Positions 29,266-37,802 of a stretch of DNA of 64,000 bases are shown piece after piece. Positions within the stretch are counted from its first letter, which is position 1; each line of letters starts with the position of its first letter. The stretch comes from a virus, in the IMG/VR virus record IMGVR_UViG_3300047476_000577, positions 32,001 to 96,000 of that record; one strand, written 5' to 3'. The position numbers were made by a program, and so were the translations under genes. The notes below the pieces were generated by a model, which saw only the letters and a program-made list of their open reading frames with translations, ran no database searches and was not told the origin of the DNA.

Positions 29266-29449
29266 TACAATGTCCCCATTTTAGCGTAAACATTAGCGCA
29301 TCTCGTTCTTCTAAGCAAACATATATGTATGCTTGTCCTATTTGCCACAGGCCCCAGTTTGTTTCGTCTACGTAACCAGGGCAATGGTCATTGATCCACA
29401 TAAGTTGATCGTGCCACGTAGTAGGACAAGTAATCTCAACACGATTCAT
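29249..29449 (-). CDS. Small F-x-L-R-W-tail family protein
   Basis: Ends RDALMFTLKWG. Confidence 0.65.
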   Translation of the reverse strand: MNRVEITCPTTWHDQLMWINDHCPGYVDETNWGLWQIGQAYIYVCLEERDALMFTLKWGHCNGHKI

Positions 29450-29706
29450 AACCACCGTAGCTTGAACATTACTGCTTCGTTGTCGTCTTTGATGCTAACA
29501 GTATACATAGGATCTCCGCTGTTAAAGCGATGCGTACAGTCTGCTGTTGGACAATTTGTCTCCATCCACATTTCAAACTCTCTGTCGTCTGCGGGATATA
29601 CCCAGCAGGTCCAACTACGAGGCGGCACCATCGGCCATTGAGACCCGGGGTTGATTGGATCTACACCATTATGGAATTCCCAATGATGCACTATAGTTTT
29701 TCTCAT
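29446..29706 (-). CDS. Small F-x-L-R-W-tail family protein
   Basis: WMETNC; ends NEAVMFKLRWL. Confidence 0.7.
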   Translation of the reverse strand: MRKTIVHHWEFHNGVDPINPGSQWPMVPPRSWTCWVYPADDREFEMWMETNCPTADCTHRFNSGDPMYTVSIKDDNEAVMFKLRWL

Positions 29707-29942
29707 CAAGCAGCCCACCTTAATCTAAATAGCATAATACTTTCTTTACTGTCGAGCAACCACCTGTCATATGCAACTCTTTTACCGCATCCAGTTGTTT
29801 TTACCCAAGCGTCAATTTCTTCAGCTTGCTCGTCCGTTAGCTCAACAAAAGAGTTCCATACCTTACTATACAGACCGTGATATGTTATGGCCTGTTTGAC
29901 CCATATTTTCCTGCGTAACAGTTTAAATGTAAAACGACTCAC
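29706..29942 (-). CDS. Small F-x-L-R-W-tail family protein
   Basis: Ends ESIMLFRLRWAA; GTGA overlap start. Confidence 0.65.
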   Translation of the reverse strand: MSRFTFKLLRRKIWVKQAITYHGLYSKVWNSFVELTDEQAEEIDAWVKTTGCGKRVAYDRWLLDSKESIMLFRLRWAA

Positions 29943-30397
29943 GCCTTGCCCTTGCCGCCGTAGTTTAGTTTTTCCCAAAACTCAAACTTGTGTTCTGCTT
30001 CTTCCCGCAACTTCTTTTCGTGCTCTGCAATACGGCGTGCCCTGCCTTCTTCCATTTTAGCAGTTTCTAATGTTTGTTGCACATCTGCAATAAAGCTAAC
30101 AAGACTTGTAGTAGACAACCGGTTTATTTCTTTGTTCAAGTTATAAATTTCAGTGTCCTTGTCGTCTATATCTCGTTTGTAATAGTCAATGTCATCTCTA
30201 AGTTTGCGGATATAGTCAGCAGGATACAAGTGTTCCCACTCGTATTCGAATGTACAGTCTACTGGATCCATTCCTGCTTCTTCTAACTCTACACGAATAG
30301 TATCATCGTTAATGATAGCAAGTAGGCGCCGAATGACAGGGTCAGTTGACTCTAAGTCAAGTTGGTTGATAAACTCTTTGTTGCTTAGTCCGAGCAT
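29939..30397 (-). CDS. Coiled-coil hypothetical protein
   Basis: 152-aa coupled ORF. Confidence 0.65.
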   Translation of the reverse strand: MLGLSNKEFINQLDLESTDPVIRRLLAIINDDTIRVELEEAGMDPVDCTFEYEWEHLYPADYIRKLRDDIDYYKRDIDDKDTEIYNLNKEINRLSTTSLVSFIADVQQTLETAKMEEGRARRIAEHEKKLREEAEHKFEFWEKLNYGGKGKA

Positions 30398-30747
30398 TAG
30401 TGTTTCCCCCAGCGTAATACAAAGTTAAAATAATCTTCTTGGTCGCGAATAAGAATACTGTTTTCAAATTTGTGCCACCAACGACTCCACGCATCGGGGC
30501 GTTTGGGGTGCGGCCCGAATTGTTCTTCGCACCACTTGTCTACTGCAAAATAATCAGCAGGATCAAATTCTGCCTGATACCAGTTCCTGCTGAACTTGTA
30601 TTTTGGTTCTTGCTGATTAAGTTTTATTTGCATTTCTTTAAGTATCTTATTTGCCAGGCGTTGAATCTCATCTAACAGTTGTTGGTCCAATGGCGGTATA
30701 GTTTGCCAGGCGTACATACTGTTAATGTCTAAATCTATGTGTTGCAT
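30397..30747 (-). CDS. Small F-x-L-R-W-tail family protein
   Basis: WCEEQFG; ends EDYFNFVLRWG. Confidence 0.7.
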   Translation of the reverse strand: MQHIDLDINSMYAWQTIPPLDQQLLDEIQRLANKILKEMQIKLNQQEPKYKFSRNWYQAEFDPADYFAVDKWCEEQFGPHPKRPDAWSRWWHKFENSILIRDQEDYFNFVLRWGKH

Positions 30748-30965
30748 TATACACCTTGTGCAAGTTTAAACAAAAACATATCGTGCTCGTCTTTGAAGCA
30801 AAATGTAATATAGCAAGCATCGTATCCGCTGTACAATACCTTGCAGGATTCTTTTGGCATATTAATTTTGATCCAGTTACAGTAGTCATCAACTGTTGCA
30901 ACTTTCTTACCATTTGTCTTGACAGATAGTTGATACGGCCAATATTTTTTGTTAAGCACTCGCAT
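30747..30965 (-). CDS. Small F-x-L-R-W-tail family protein
   Basis: LNKKYWPYQ; FKDEHDMFLFKL. Confidence 0.65.
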   Translation of the reverse strand: MRVLNKKYWPYQLSVKTNGKKVATVDDYCNWIKINMPKESCKVLYSGYDACYITFCFKDEHDMFLFKLAQGV

Positions 30966-31200
30966 TGCTATATCTCAATTTAAAAATTAAATATGCTTCT
31001 CGATCAAGTAATTCAAAGCCTGCTAAGTTGTCGCCTACATACCAACAGCGAACGCCACTTTCCTTGAGTAGATCTATAGTTGATATTTTAGCATAGTTAG
31101 GATTAGTTTTGTATCGCTTAGTAACCAAAGCAATGAACTCATCACGAGCTTTGAACTGCTCGTATATGCTACAATTTTTTGGGATTAAACTTATTGCCAT
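30952..31200 (-). CDS. Small F-x-L-R-W-tail family protein
   Basis: Ends EAYLIFKLRYS. Confidence 0.65.
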   Translation of the reverse strand: MAISLIPKNCSIYEQFKARDEFIALVTKRYKTNPNYAKISTIDLLKESGVRCWYVGDNLAGFELLDREAYLIFKLRYSNASA

Positions 31201-31475
31201 CGCAGTAAAAACATTAATAAATCATCGTGGTCGCGAAACCAAAACGAACTGTTGTTAACAAACCACCTGTCTGACGAAGCAGGCCATTCATTGAGTGGGC
31301 GTTTTCCAAAAGTACTGTAGCACCAGTCTTCCAATTTCAACCAGTCACGCTGTAATTCTTGTTTACTGACCCCGTACGGCACCCACCAGTTTGTACCGCT
31401 AATGTAACTTACATTAGCAACATAATACCTTGCACCGTTTAATCGTTTTTCTTCTGTAGTGAATGTTAAATTCAT
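31191..31475 (-). CDS. Small F-x-L-R-W-tail family protein
   Basis: WCYSTFG; ends FRDHDDLLMFLLRWQ. Confidence 0.7.
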   Translation of the reverse strand: MNLTFTTEEKRLNGARYYVANVSYISGTNWWVPYGVSKQELQRDWLKLEDWCYSTFGKRPLNEWPASSDRWFVNNSSFWFRDHDDLLMFLLRWQ

Positions 31476-31726
31476 TAGCTCCACTTCAGCTTCCATAACA
31501 TAAAAGCCTCGGGCTCGACAACTTCGATTTGGTTGATTTTATAACCTGCTTGGGTACCTTTAATCTCAACTTCAAAGTCCAATTTAAGACCTGCTTCTTG
31601 TTCAAGATAATATTTAAAAGCACGAACGAGGTTAGCATTGCCAATGTTATATTGCCAGTTTGGATCCCAGGCATCGTAGCAGTTGTTTAGCTGATTTTTA
31701 ATTTCTTTTTGATCAACGGTAATCAT
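31475..31726 (-). CDS. Small F-x-L-R-W-tail family protein
   Basis: Ends EAFMLWKLKWS. Confidence 0.65.
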   Translation of the reverse strand: MITVDQKEIKNQLNNCYDAWDPNWQYNIGNANLVRAFKYYLEQEAGLKLDFEVEIKGTQAGYKINQIEVVEPEAFMLWKLKWS

Positions 31727-31911
31727 TGTGCCCACCTTAGTGCAAATAGTAACGCATCTTCTTGTTTATCGAAATTAAATGTAACGTGTTGGATTTTATT
31801 AACTACTTCCCAAGTCCGGTTAACGAGATTCATATCGTGTTCAGCCGCCCGATCTGAGCGAGCAGTGCACTCTACTATGTTGTTACATTTAACAGTTACA
31901 GGATACATCAT
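31723..31911 (-). CDS. Small F-x-L-R-W-tail family protein
   Basis: Ends FDKQEDALLFALRWAQ. Confidence 0.7.
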   Translation of the reverse strand: MMYPVTVKCNNIVECTARSDRAAEHDMNLVNRTWEVVNKIQHVTFNFDKQEDALLFALRWAQ

Positions 31912-32138
31912 ACGTACCTCAATTCAAACATCATTGCATCTTCTGCTTTTTCAAACCAAAAATCCAATCTAGTACCTTGACTGTGGATTTGATAACTATA
32001 GCTGCCGCTCCATTCTGTAATTTCGTCTGCCAGGTCTCTGCGATTTCCAATTAATTCCAATCTTGTTGTAGGCCAAATAGTATGACCCTCGGGCAAAAAT
32101 GTAGCCACTCTAAAGTTATGATTCTCTTTAATTGGCAT
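31908..32138 (-). CDS. Small F-x-L-R-W-tail family protein
   Basis: Ends FEKAEDAMMFELRYV. Confidence 0.7.
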   Translation of the reverse strand: MPIKENHNFRVATFLPEGHTIWPTTRLELIGNRRDLADEITEWSGSYSYQIHSQGTRLDFWFEKAEDAMMFELRYV

Positions 32139-32424
32139 CTGGCAAGCCCGGAAACTTTAATGCAAACATCAGCTTTGACTCTTCGCTGTCGAAGGTAATC
32201 AGCCTTGCTGGTGTTTTGTACTGGTCCCAATAGCCTTCTTCTCTTGCCTCAAACTCCCACATATTGACATTATACTTTTCTCGTATGTAGTCACCTAAGT
32301 GGCTTAGTTCCTTTGTCTTATTGAAGTTAAACTCGTCAAACAAAGTCGTCTGGCACTTGCCCCAATACTCGGGTGCATCTTCCCAGCGATATGTTAGCTT
32401 AACAGCAGTAAGAAATGTAGTCAT
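32128..32424 (-). CDS. Small F-x-L-R-W-tail family protein
   Basis: FDSEESKLMFALKF; sigma70 promoter upstream (~32451-32479). Confidence 0.65.
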   Translation of the reverse strand: MTTFLTAVKLTYRWEDAPEYWGKCQTTLFDEFNFNKTKELSHLGDYIREKYNVNMWEFEAREEGYWDQYKTPARLITFDSEESKLMFALKFPGLPDAN

Positions 32425-32475
32425 AAGAAAAGGCTATTTCACATAGCCTTATTATAATACATTTTGAATTATTGG

Positions 32476-32877
32476 TCAACTATAGAGCAGTTTCATTACC
32501 ATAGCAGCTTCTTTGTGTTTATTTCTTATTTTTATAAGCACTCGGTCTTTAGCTGTCATTTCTTGCTCGTATCCGGGTGTAATCATAGTATCTGTAATAA
32601 TATGTTTCCATTCCCAATCCCAACCTTGCTTGCCTATGTTTTTCTCTAACCAAGGGCGATAGTGATCATTTGGATCACTCGATTCAGCAGATACTTTCGA
32701 CCCATCGGGGTCTTCGTGTAATACTACCCAACCAGTAGGCCACGGTAAAGTAATTTCAACACCGGGCACAGTAGCCCACCATAGAGCTTGTTTTAAGCCT
32801 GTTCTTTTATTTAATTCCCATTTAGCCATATCAATCTTATTCATTGGTCTCAAAAAGGCTGCGCCGTTAAAGCTCAT
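32476..32877 (-). CDS. F-x-L-R-W-tail family protein (divergent)
   Basis: WLEKNIG..GWDW; ends AAMVMKLLYS. Confidence 0.65.
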   Translation of the reverse strand: MSFNGAAFLRPMNKIDMAKWELNKRTGLKQALWWATVPGVEITLPWPTGWVVLHEDPDGSKVSAESSDPNDHYRPWLEKNIGKQGWDWEWKHIITDTMITPGYEQEMTAKDRVLIKIRNKHKEAAMVMKLLYS

Positions 32878-33108
32878 TTATTTGCCCCACACTAGCTCTA
32901 ACAACATTAATAATTCGTCTCGAACCCAATATCTTGCTCTCATACGATGGCCTTCAGTTTTCCACCAGTCTGGATTTTGTTCTTCAATCCAATCTCCGCA
33001 TATATACCTTGTCTCTAATAGAGTCCACTTGATTCCATCGGAGTCTGTGTAAGGGTTGATATAGTTGCGGTCCGACTCTTTACGGAAGTTTCCTTCTTCT
33101 GCCCTCAC
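32878..33108 (-). CDS. F-x-L-R-W-tail family protein (divergent)
   Basis: WIEEQ; ends LMLLELVWGK. Confidence 0.6.
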   Translation of the reverse strand: MRAEEGNFRKESDRNYINPYTDSDGIKWTLLETRYICGDWIEEQNPDWWKTEGHRMRARYWVRDELLMLLELVWGK

Positions 33109-33461
33109 GGCCACCTCAATACGAACAGCATAGCATCTTCTTTACGCTTAAATGCAAACTTGTTGCCATAGTTGCGCCAGTAGCGACCGTGAGAAATATT
33201 TTCCCAGCACCAGCGTTCCATATCAAGAATAGGTATTAATCCTGAAGGAGTATGTTGATATGGCCAGTAAGTTTTATTATGCCCTTGAAACAGCCAATCA
33301 TTCTTATAAGAAAAAAAGTCGCCTGTATTACCCATTGGTTGTACTCCTGCAATAGAATGTGCCATCAAGTTAGGCAATGATTTTCTAAGCATCGAAATTA
33401 AAACTTGTTGAGCAGCTTGTGTTACTGACAGGGCCGTTTTACTATCATATATTTCCGTCAT
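33105..33461 (-). CDS. F-x-L-R-W-tail protein with Gol-peptide-like (major capsid) N-terminal segment
   Basis: VLISMLRKSLPNLMAHSIAGVQPMGNTG; ends FKRKEDAMLFVLRWP. Confidence 0.75.
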   Translation of the reverse strand: MTEIYDSKTALSVTQAAQQVLISMLRKSLPNLMAHSIAGVQPMGNTGDFFSYKNDWLFQGHNKTYWPYQHTPSGLIPILDMERWCWENISHGRYWRNYGNKFAFKRKEDAMLFVLRWP

Positions 33462-33676
33462 TAAGACCACCTCATAACAAATAGCATTAAGTCTTTCCTG
33501 TCTTCAAAGCACACTTCTCCGTAAACAATACAATCCTTCCATCGCTCACCGGGAGGCCCGAAAGAATCGTTGCACCACTGTTTCATAGCCACTACTTCAT
33601 CCACTTTATGCGGCGTGGGAAAAGCAGCAACAGCCCATCCTTCATTCCAATATTCATCGTAGGTATGTATTACCAT
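33461..33676 (-). CDS. Small F-x-L-R-W-tail family protein
   Basis: WCNDSFGPPGERW; ends KDLMLFVMRWS. Confidence 0.7.
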   Translation of the reverse strand: MVIHTYDEYWNEGWAVAAFPTPHKVDEVVAMKQWCNDSFGPPGERWKDCIVYGEVCFEDRKDLMLFVMRWS

Positions 33677-34077
33677 CACGCCCACCTTAGCTTAAAGTTG
33701 AAAGCATCAAGTTCGTCTTTAAATCCAACAAAGTAGTAGTCCCCACCGCCGATTTCATTTACAGTCCACTCGCCCCAATAGTCTTTTATTACCCTGAGGG
33801 CATCAAATCTAAACTTGCCTTGACAGTTTTCTTCGCACCATTCTACAATTTCTCTGCTACCATCATATGCCATATCCCACCAGTAGATTTGATGAGTGCG
33901 ATTCTCAAAACAGTGTAAGTAAGGGTAGCCGTGGAAATAGTCCTTGACTCTAGTAGCCCTGATATTATAGTCAGGATCATAGTATCTATCGTACTGTGCT
34001 TGTGTTTTAAAGCCTTCCTTATGTAACATCCGTTGATGTTTCCAGGCCTTAAACTTTGCTAATAGATTAGATATCAC
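33676..34077 (-). CDS. F-x-L-R-W-tail family protein
   Basis: WCEENCQG; ends FKDELDAFNFKLRWA. Confidence 0.7.
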   Translation of the reverse strand: MISNLLAKFKAWKHQRMLHKEGFKTQAQYDRYYDPDYNIRATRVKDYFHGYPYLHCFENRTHQIYWWDMAYDGSREIVEWCEENCQGKFRFDALRVIKDYWGEWTVNEIGGGDYYFVGFKDELDAFNFKLRWA

Positions 34078-34309
34078 TGCCGCCCCAGGTTAACTTAAAC
34101 ATAACAGCGGCATCATACCACTCGAATTGGACAACATCGTAGTCTCGTCTATAGACTTCTTTCCACTCTGTGTGCCAACGACGAAAGTATTTCCCTTCGT
34201 CATCAAAAGCCTCGCACCACTTGTACATTTCTGTAGTGCATTTTGAAATCTTTATTCTGTATCTAAATACAGGGCGATTGTTTCCGCCTTCTGAATAAAA
34301 ATATTCCAT
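34067..34309 (-). CDS. Small F-x-L-R-W-tail family protein
   Basis: MYKWC; ends DAAVMFKLTWGG. Confidence 0.7.
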   Translation of the reverse strand: MEYFYSEGGNNRPVFRYRIKISKCTTEMYKWCEAFDDEGKYFRRWHTEWKEVYRRDYDVVQFEWYDAAVMFKLTWGGSDI

Positions 34310-34310
34310 C

Positions 34311-34625
34311 TTATTCGGCGGAGTTCAAGTCCCTGTACTCTTCGTCGGAGAATTGATCCTTGTAGTATGCAATAAACTCAGACAATTCTGCATACAGCTC
34401 TAATATAGCTTCTTTGTCTGCATAAAGAATATATTCGCTTTCTCCTATATTCTTTAAGCCCAGTTCACCGCCGCCTACCCATTTTAAACGGGGAGAAGTG
34501 AGCCTGTTATTCGTCGAGCTCATAAGGTTCATCTTCCTCTTGTTCAAGCATACCGCGGGCTTCTGCGTGTTCGTTGCACAGAGTTTTAATCCAGCCGCCG
34601 CCGCGACGAATGCCCCTATTGCCAC
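34311..34625 (-). CDS. Hypothetical protein (true start likely ~34532)
   Basis: ORF fills the gap between coupled genes. Confidence 0.45.
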   Translation of the reverse strand: MAIGAFVAAAAGLKLCATNTQKPAVCLNKRKMNLMSSTNNRLTSPRLKWVGGGELGLKNIGESEYILYADKEAILELYAELSEFIAYYKDQFSDEEYRDLNSAE

Positions 34626-35040
34626 AGTCTTCGCAAGTTACGCCAGACATATGTTCTGCCATATCAATTAGTGCACGATTAGCATCAGTAGTCTTGTGCA
34701 CATAAAAACGCAAAGTTCCGAACTTTTCTTTAACTTGTTGGATGACTGGCAAGCGTTCTAGTTCAATGTCGTATGCTTCTTTTAGTTTGGCAACGTCTTC
34801 TTCTGTCCAAGGAACTTCGACACGTGCATTAGTCTCTCGATCCCAGGTTACTTTCATTGCACCTAGGTCAAACTGCTTAACTGCATATTCGTAACGATCT
34901 CTGGTCATACGAACAGGATGCACAAAGCCTGCTAGCAGTGCGTCAATGATATTGTACCAGCCACCGCCGTGTTCGCAGTACCACTTCTTGCCTAGCTCAG
35001 GATAGTCTTCGTAAAGTTTGTTCTGTAGCTCTTCTTGCAT
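34507..35040 (-). CDS. Conserved phage protein (GW..II / KEKFG.LRFY / CE.CG family)
   Basis: GGGWYNII, QVKEKFGTLRFY, TCEDCG; paralog 45050..45535. Confidence 0.7.
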   Translation of the reverse strand: MQEELQNKLYEDYPELGKKWYCEHGGGWYNIIDALLAGFVHPVRMTRDRYEYAVKQFDLGAMKVTWDRETNARVEVPWTEEDVAKLKEAYDIELERLPVIQQVKEKFGTLRFYVHKTTDANRALIDMAEHMSGVTCEDCGNRGIRRGGGWIKTLCNEHAEARGMLEQEEDEPYELDE

Positions 35041-35041
35041 A

Positions 35042-35263
35042 TTAATCTCTTATAAATTTTGATTCTATGTATGCTGACATTCGTTTGTCATTGGCAGACA
35101 TCCATATAGTAACACCGTCTGGGTGTCCTAGTAACTCATTATTAATTTCTGGAAACTTAGTCAAGAACATTTTTCCTAATCTAATGTTGCCGTCTTTTAA
35201 TTTCTCTACAAAAAACCAATTGACAAAATCGTCAAACTGTTTCCGTGTTATCTTCGTATACAT
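35042..35263 (-). CDS. Hypothetical protein
   Basis: Coupled ORF. Confidence 0.55.
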   Translation of the reverse strand: MYTKITRKQFDDFVNWFFVEKLKDGNIRLGKMFLTKFPEINNELLGHPDGVTIWMSANDKRMSAYIESKFIRD

Positions 35264-35750
35264 TGCCGAATACTTCTATAATCATCTGTTGCACTTCTGC
35301 TAACGACACATTCGGCCTAGAGCTTAGTGAAAGAAAGTCGTCGTCGTTAGCTTTACTAGGGTGCAATTTATCTACAATACGGCCTGCTAGAGTGAGTAAC
35401 ATAGTGTTAGGGCTTGCAAACTCGTCTAACTGTAGCTTGTGCTTTTTAGGCAAATCGCTTTCCACCTTTGCATAATAGCCAATTACAGCGTTAGCGGCGT
35501 GTGCAGTAATATATTGCCCGTGACTTGCCATTAAGATAGCTAACAGCATTCGCTTGGGCATAACAGAATCTCCCCAAACAAACCATTCACCGTTAACGTG
35601 AACAGGCCGTTTGGAGAACATACTCATTAGCACAGCATTTTGGATTTCTTCTTCAGTAAGCATTGTCGAACTGGTAGATTTTTTCAAATTGAGCAGTGCT
35701 AATACTCTTGGCACACTGCTTAAAAGTTTCTGGATCCATTTCATAGCCAT
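35232..35750 (-). CDS. Hypothetical protein (true start probably ~35663)
   Basis: ORF track. Confidence 0.5.
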   Translation of the reverse strand: MAMKWIQKLLSSVPRVLALLNLKKSTSSTMLTEEEIQNAVLMSMFSKRPVHVNGEWFVWGDSVMPKRMLLAILMASHGQYITAHAANAVIGYYAKVESDLPKKHKLQLDEFASPNTMLLTLAGRIVDKLHPSKANDDDFLSLSSRPNVSLAEVQQMIIEVFGNVYEDNTETV

Positions 35751-36246
35751 ACATTGTATATTTTGCCCAGCGGTTAATAAAGCTATCGGCTACGAACTTG
35801 TCGCACGTTAGTTTCCTTGCTCCGATATCTGCAATAGCACGAGGCAAAGTAACAAAGTTGCCACGGCCATCGGTTGCAATCTTACATACACTGAAGTCAA
35901 AACTGTCAAACACTTCCTGTACTGTTTTGAAGTTTTGCTTTTTAATTAGCTGGACTTTATGCAGGATAGGATCATATTCTGTTTTCTCAGATAGACGCAG
36001 TGTGACAGCATTTTCACTATCATAAGTGACAATAGTATCATCTTCTAGCTTGAGCCGGTGCTTGGTAGCATCTCTAGAAAATGAATCTCTAAAGTATACG
36101 TCAATGTCGTTAACAGGTGTCTTAGTGTATAAACTAAGAGCAGCACCTCCGCATATCCACGGCCCTCGTTCAATGTCTAGCTCGAGTAAACCGATGATGT
36201 GCTGATTAGGATACTTTCTGTCAGTAAGCCCGTTAATGCGTAGCAT
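35653..36246 (-). CDS. Pol-beta-like nucleotidyltransferase (CCA/poly(A) polymerase head-like)
   Basis: WICGGAA, DIDVYF, FDFSVCK, RWAKY..YGY. Confidence 0.75.
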   Translation of the reverse strand: MLRINGLTDRKYPNQHIIGLLELDIERGPWICGGAALSLYTKTPVNDIDVYFRDSFSRDATKHRLKLEDDTIVTYDSENAVTLRLSEKTEYDPILHKVQLIKKQNFKTVQEVFDSFDFSVCKIATDGRGNFVTLPRAIADIGARKLTCDKFVADSFINRWAKYTMYGYEMDPETFKQCAKSISTAQFEKIYQFDNAY

Positions 36247-36248
36247 TT

Positions 36249-36395
36249 TTAGTTTGCAAATTGACTGAAACGTTCGCGAATGAATTTAAAAGTTTTACGT
36301 TCGGTGTCGAACACAAACTCTTCCTCGCCCTCGTCTGTATGTACTGCAACCACAAAGCCATTCTTAACACGGCGAATTTCGATTGATTCTAACAT
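36249..36395 (-). CDS. 48-aa hypothetical protein (not in ORF track)
   Basis: MLESIEIRRVKNGFVV...; AGGA RBS and promoter upstream. Confidence 0.55.
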   Translation of the reverse strand: MLESIEIRRVKNGFVVAVHTDEGEEEFVFDTERKTFKFIRERFSQFAN

Positions 36396-36443
36396 ATTTT
36401 TCCTATTGTGAAGTTAAGTTAAATTATAGCAGGACGTGATTGA

Positions 36444-36674
36444 TTAATCAAGCGCAACGTCTTTCATCGGACGTCTACCTGTCCAGTGATCTTTGGTAAT
36501 ACATAGCCCTCGGTGCTTAACACCCATTGCTCCTGCATCTAAATCTAAATTCGGCACACTTCGTTGCACAGCAACGCAATCTGCTTTAGACTTGAATTCG
36601 TAGTCAACGACTTGTTTGTCAATAAAGTCCCCGCCCGGGGTATACATTGCAATTAGTAAGAGCCAAGTATTCAT
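36444..36674 (-). CDS. Hypothetical, possibly exported protein
   Basis: MNTWLLLIAMY start, two Cys. Confidence 0.5.
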   Translation of the reverse strand: MNTWLLLIAMYTPGGDFIDKQVVDYEFKSKADCVAVQRSVPNLDLDAGAMGVKHRGLCITKDHWTGRRPMKDVALD

Positions 36675-36675
36675 A

Positions 36676-37236
36676 TTAAACGTCCATAGCGCATTGATGT
36701 TGTTCTTCGTCCGAGCAGTGACACAATGTGTCAAAGTCGTTAAACAATTCCATACGATAGGGGCAAGGATGCCCTTCGTCTTCTACCTCAAGGGTATAAG
36801 CATCTACAATACGGATAACCTTTACAGGCTTGTATTCTTCAAACAATGCAGAGATATCGAACTGGAATCGTTCACGCATCTTAGCCAAAGTCTCATCAGG
36901 CACATTATGCACACTTCCGAAATCGTTCTGTGCAACAATTACTTGAGGCACAATGCCAAACTCTTGAGCCATAGCAAAGTACGGACGCAATTCTTTAGCA
37001 GTAGTAAAGGTGTTGGTTACTACAACGCTCTTGCCGTCGCGAAGTGCGCTACGAGTGCGCTCTTGGCACCACTCGTGAGCACGACCTAACTTAGAAGCAT
37101 CAAACTTGTATTCACCTTCTACAATGAAATACTGGTCAGCTTCGTAGTGGCGATCCACTGCAACAGCCAACAGCTTCTGTGCTAAAGTGCTCTTGCCAGA
37201 GCCAGGCATTCCGCGAATAATAATCAAACGAGACAT
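36676..37236 (-). CDS. P-loop kinase (AAA_33, polynucleotide kinase-like)
   Basis: RGMPGSGKST, EADQYF, AHEWC, VTNT, HNVP. Confidence 0.88.
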   Translation of the reverse strand: MSRLIIIRGMPGSGKSTLAQKLLAVAVDRHYEADQYFIVEGEYKFDASKLGRAHEWCQERTRSALRDGKSVVVTNTFTTAKELRPYFAMAQEFGIVPQVIVAQNDFGSVHNVPDETLAKMRERFQFDISALFEEYKPVKVIRIVDAYTLEVEDEGHPCPYRMELFNDFDTLCHCSDEEQHQCAMDV

Positions 37237-37238
37237 AA

Positions 37239-37790
37239 TTATTCCTTGTGGTGATGCCCACGGATTTCTCCTTTGAGAGCATCGTTAATAACATCTTCCA
37301 AACGAGACACAACCTTACCAGTTGCGTCAAATGCAACATCGCGAATACGATACTGTTCCATTCCAGTCTTGCCGCCGTGAACGTGACCGTGCAAGTGTAC
37401 AGCACCACGGTGCATTTGGTTCCATTCGTGAATTGGGTAGTGGAACATTACAACAAAAGTACCGTTATAGGTCATTTCGTAGTAAGGATGCACTTCGTCA
37501 AAACAAGCACGGAACGCAGGGTCACGCAAGTTCTTATGGTCGTGGTTACCGGCAATTAAAATCTTGCGACCATTTAAGCCTTGCAAGATTGCAGTTGCTC
37601 GTTCGACACGCCCGAACGCAACGTCACCTAAAATGTACACAGTGTCTTCTGGTTGTACATCACGGTTCCATTCGGCTACTAAGATACTGTTCATATGATC
37701 AGCATCTTTCATACCGTAACGAGTAACAGGGCAAAACTTAATAATGTTAGTATGGCTGAAATGCAAATCAGCAGTTACAAAATCTGTCAT
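37239..37790 (-). CDS. Calcineurin-like metallophosphoesterase
   Basis: ADLHFSH, LGD, GNHD, HYP, HGHVH. Confidence 0.92.
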   Translation of the reverse strand: MTDFVTADLHFSHTNIIKFCPVTRYGMKDADHMNSILVAEWNRDVQPEDTVYILGDVAFGRVERATAILQGLNGRKILIAGNHDHKNLRDPAFRACFDEVHPYYEMTYNGTFVVMFHYPIHEWNQMHRGAVHLHGHVHGGKTGMEQYRIRDVAFDATGKVVSRLEDVINDALKGEIRGHHHKE

Positions 37791-37802
37791 AATATTCTTT
37801 CT

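Noticed and set aside
22424-34309. CRISPR array, integron or DGR as the explanation for the small-gene array
   Set aside because: No regular DNA repeats or attC-like spacers (the genes overlap), and no integrase, reverse transcriptase or TR/VR pair was seen.
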